Made by a program: the position numbers and the translations under genes. 33,048 nucleotides of DNA. Origin: Ascoidea asiatica JCM 7603. Taxonomy: Eukaryota; Fungi; Ascomycota. Positions 30,801 to 33,048 of this stretch are shown here, in pieces. The notes beneath the pieces are model-generated. The model did no database searches, was not told where the DNA came from, and saw only the letters and a list, made by a program, of their open reading frames with translations. The DNA lies in NCBI GenBank assembly GCA_001600695.1, contig BCKQ01000040.1, positions 1-33,048 on the forward strand. Direction: 5' to 3'. Positions within the stretch are counted from its first letter, which is position 1. Every line of letters starts with the position of its first letter.

Positions 30801-33047
30801 TGATATAGGAACAAGATGATTCAACGTATTTCCATTTGACTTTTGGGTAAGAAAAGCAGTTTTATTTTCAATTTTTTGACGAAGTTTAATAACAAATTCA
30901 AGCTCATCGATAACTCTAGCAGATAAAACGTCTATTTTAATATCAGTTGGAGGATCCATACGGTCTATAGTAGATTTTTGAGAAGCACGCATCATTTCTT
31001 TTTGAAATTTTTGACTTTCTTCCAAACTCAACACTGATTCAATAATACTTACTGGTAAGTCATTAGCAAGTAATCCATTTGTACTTGCCCTATTGATACT
31101 AATTAAATTTTCTACTAAGTTATTTAAATTTTCATCCTGCTTTACTTCATTTTTTTCTTTCCCGACGAAGCTGTGTTTCCATTGATTGAATAAGACTTTG
31201 ACATTTCTTGATTTTTCAACTAGTGGTGATAAAGGAGTTCGAGGTGATTTAATTGAATTTTTTGTTATTTTAGAATTATTTTTAACTGCTTTTAAAAAAA
31301 GACCATTTTTATTTCTTGAGTTTGATTTTATACTGGTTCCTTCAGTTGAATTGCTATAAGAAATAGCAGAGTTTGAAACAATGGTGGAACTTGATATCTT
31401 AATCTTTGAAGTAGAAGGTATAACTTTTGAGTTTTTGGAATAATTGTTACTTTCCATTGATTTTTTTTTCTTTTCATTTATTTTTTCTTCAGGATTGGGT
31501 TCCACAATTACAGTATTATTAGTATCTTTTTTTTCAATCATGCTTAACTCATCTTCATCAAAAGTTACTAAGCTTAAATTTAATCTTCTTTTAGGAGTAG
31601 GTGGAACAATATCAGTAAGTAAAACTTTCTCTTCTTCCCTTTCTATTGGTTTTACAGTATTACTTCGTATTAAATTTTCAGTATTTATTTTTGAAATTTG
31701 TGGTGAAGATAAATATTTAATACCTTTCAGTTGAAAAGAAGAGTTTATATTCATGGGAGTAGTAGGATTTGCAAAAACATTAATAAAGCGACCAATATTA
31801 ACGTTTGGATTCAAAAGTTTAGATGGTGAAAGAGGATTTGACTTTTGAAAATCATTTGACAATAATTCATTATTTAATAAATGATTATTTGAATAAATTA
31901 AATTATTATCAGTCATATGAGATGATTTTAATTTTGAGCTTTGGATTGTATTATTTTGACTTGATGAAGGAGAATGAATAAAAGATGGTGATTGAGGAAG
32001 AGAATGAGGTAATGAAGAAATTCTAGAATGATTATTTGTTATTATAGGAGAAGGTCTATTTTTTTGATAATTTAAAAATTTTTCTTTATTTTCAAAAATT
32101 ATTTTATCTAAAGTTTCCAAAGGATTTTCTTTTGAAATTAAAGAATCATTTGATTCAGATATTAAATCAACGGAAATCAAATCATCAGGAGTTGGAATTG
32201 AAGTTGAAACATTATTTCTTGGAAAACGATATTCAAATTTATTATTATCAATATTTTTTCTTGATTTTATTTTTAAATTATTTAAATTATTTAAATTATT
32301 TTCAGATTCATTATTATTTGAATTATTATTTGAATTATTTTTTTTTAAAGCTTGTTTATTTAAATTATTATTTAAAGAATTACTTAACCAAAATGCAGGC
32401 ATTGAATTTTGTTTTGGAGATTTAATAGATGGAATTGAAGGATAATAATTAATTGAATTTGAAATTGAAATTGAAGGTCTTTCAGATTTACTTGAAGTTG
32501 AATCTGAATTAATAATGGATTGAGAATTAAATTCAGCAGTTGGAATTGAATTTGAATTTGAATTTGAATTTGAATGAGAAATATAAGATTCATCAATTAA
32601 ATAATTTTGTTCAAAGATTTTATCCATACTACTTCTAAAACTACTACCAAAATGTTCAGAATATGGATATGAATTCAGATTTGAAATTGAAGAAAAAGTG
32701 TATGAATGATTATTAGAATGATTATTAGAATTATTATTTGAATGTGAATTTGAATGTGAATTTGAATGTGAATTAGAATGTGAATTGGAATGATTATTTG
32801 AATTGGAATTAGAAGATAATGAAATATCATATGAATGAGGATCTATAATATTTGAATTAATTATATTATTTTGAGATATAATTGGAGAATTATTATTTTG
32901 AATTGAATTAATTGAATTTATTGAATTATCAGGTAAAATTATTGAAGAATTTAAAATATTTTCATTAAATTTAGTATCTAAGATATTTAAATTTTTAAAA
33001 TTTAAGTTTGAATTTGAATTTGAATTTGAATTTGAATTTGAATTTGA
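27816..33047 (-). CDS. LTE1: Lte1-like RasGEF, second copy, 5'-partial
   Basis: Translation identical to the left copy; frame open to the window end. Confidence 0.85.
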   Translation of the reverse strand, partial: SNSNSNSNSNSNSNLNFKNLNILDTKFNENILNSSIILPDNSINSINSIQNNNSPIISQNNIINSNIIDPHSYDISLSSNSNSNNHSNSHSNSHSNSHSNSHSNNNSNNHSNNHSYTFSSISNLNSYPYSEHFGSSFRSSMDKIFEQNYLIDESYISHSNSNSNSNSIPTAEFNSQSIINSDSTSSKSERPSISISNSINYYPSIPSIKSPKQNSMPAFWLSNSLNNNLNKQALKKNNSNNNSNNNESENNLNNLNNLKIKSRKNIDNNKFEYRFPRNNVSTSIPTPDDLISVDLISESNDSLISKENPLETLDKIIFENKEKFLNYQKNRPSPIITNNHSRISSLPHSLPQSPSFIHSPSSSQNNTIQSSKLKSSHMTDNNLIYSNNHLLNNELLSNDFQKSNPLSPSKLLNPNVNIGRFINVFANPTTPMNINSSFQLKGIKYLSSPQISKINTENLIRSNTVKPIEREEEKVLLTDIVPPTPKRRLNLSLVTFDEDELSMIEKKDTNNTVIVEPNPEEKINEKKKKSMESNNYSKNSKVIPSTSKIKISSSTIVSNSAISYSNSTEGTSIKSNSRNKNGLFLKAVKNNSKITKNSIKSPRTPLSPLVEKSRNVKVLFNQWKHSFVGKEKNEVKQDENLNNLVENLISINRASTNGLLANDLPVSIIESVLSLEESQKFQKEMMRASQKSTIDRMDPPTDIKIDVLSARVIDELEFVIKLRQKIENKTAFLTQKSNGNTLNHLVPISNEHGVNQLNPEIPFSSNLNTVNDRSTIIDNAHNISMLNSQIPDKFNISLGTIGHSLKNSISENIDDLDVFNFTGSQQELLNLENSQEEKCKDMQNQSAIKSNFSTEGIQEPNQKYVHFNNKNDMLETPDTCNLLKKNYPGKGLQNNYVQSESIPLNNEEERFTGNLKEIDRCSRISYISNKSYSSYSDSSDNGLLKAFESDLQSDVSEVHGLKKMPAFNDFHGALVDPEKENMFTNFNYSTLSTSSVSLGEIPLPAQTGKKLAYHEAEDLQMNSLIKNIGSHDLKFSINSLNFTKLDRAKSYEAHNFSICSPLDDIPHSKFQSPNQNSVSTQQNSQFSNDGRFQESFSSITSKSYISYNSDLSISSSKTDIMINSKDLLKKRRAFPDLKLGVEIDKAPESPIYLHRRSNTPTTSNSDTIKGDNFENNKNNSRFKSPYYCSDVADRIDSKSFDEKTTSLISESSSIFSSGTKPLLITLKQNLTEEEEKEFKNDINKSRENILKMKRSKEMLVAQMSHRDLSSIKSYLRHKKSFSADSISVYEVEGSETRVLSSVSDTFLPAFVGNNRDMVRNLKDIPDEDISGDPVSAALWKLEGKPEPKFNNIDTSDSLNSEDDLKKKSVDSIHVDTDTISRNVAELSIADSADIQMDPPIGVGLLEGNIFVSIPKVVQQLNSFVCTSKLCKNVSSNSIIQEEFLDIEKQLEEHLITEGVLSISEVLATKRHISFILNYDSFTLAKQFTLIERDTLSEVDWKELIDMDWSPELKPITSWIQLLVKKEVKGIDLVISRFNLTVNWIVSEILLTSEEMYRKDTIARFIHIANHCHKLQNYSTLMQIILALTTPRIKRLYSTWNKMDASDIFMLKNLEIFFNSEGNFYKLRKDFDRIIPSKGCVPFFGLYLSDLTFNSSKPILISTASINKLNCANETPNLDINDDTTLVNIERFSSASQIVRNFIQCIQWSKLYDIESVPQVLSKCLYIKSLTEEEMELCLNKIAG

Positions 33048-33048
33048 A
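33007..33048 (-). repeat. (TTTGAA)7 microsatellite, mirror of 1-42
   Basis: Read directly. Confidence 0.9.

Larger units (their letters stand above)
24911..33048 (-). repeat. Right arm of the inverted repeat (reverse complement of 1-8138)
   Basis: Mirror coordinates with no net indels. LTE1 and SCP1 translations are identical to the left copies; the CCDC47-like copy differs at 2 amino acids. Confidence 0.98.

Noticed and set aside
1-33048. Species assignment and CUG codon reassignment
   Set aside because: The AT-rich, Ser-Asn-repeat style is reminiscent of Ascoidea-like yeasts, but the CTG codons I noticed fall in poorly conserved regions, so neither species nor code can be determined here.

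Overview
AT-rich budding-yeast (Saccharomycotina-like) nuclear DNA arranged as one large interrupted palindrome. Two inverted arms (1-8138 and 24911-33048) each carry LTE1 (5'-truncated by the window edge), SCP1 and a CCDC47/YNR021W-like gene. I found only two substitutions between the arms, both near their inner ends. The 16.8-kb single-copy spacer has two distinct halves. The right half (15.6-24.4 kb) holds four intact housekeeping genes: DBP10, PIK1, HRT1 (one intron) and PHA2. The left half (8.1-15.4 kb) holds decayed gene fragments, including an MSC7-like ALDH relic, around a ~720-codon gene with a PD-(D/E)xK nuclease-like domain followed by an atypical kinase domain. That domain order matches Podospora Spok meiotic drivers and Crinkler-type REase+kinase effectors; here the frame is split by a single in-frame TAA between the domains. 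My leading hypothesis (inference) is an invertible or recombination-suppressed segment carrying a nuclease-toxin/kinase-antidote-like gene linked to essential genes. No MAT genes are visible. A misassembled heterozygous inversion cannot be excluded from sequence alone.
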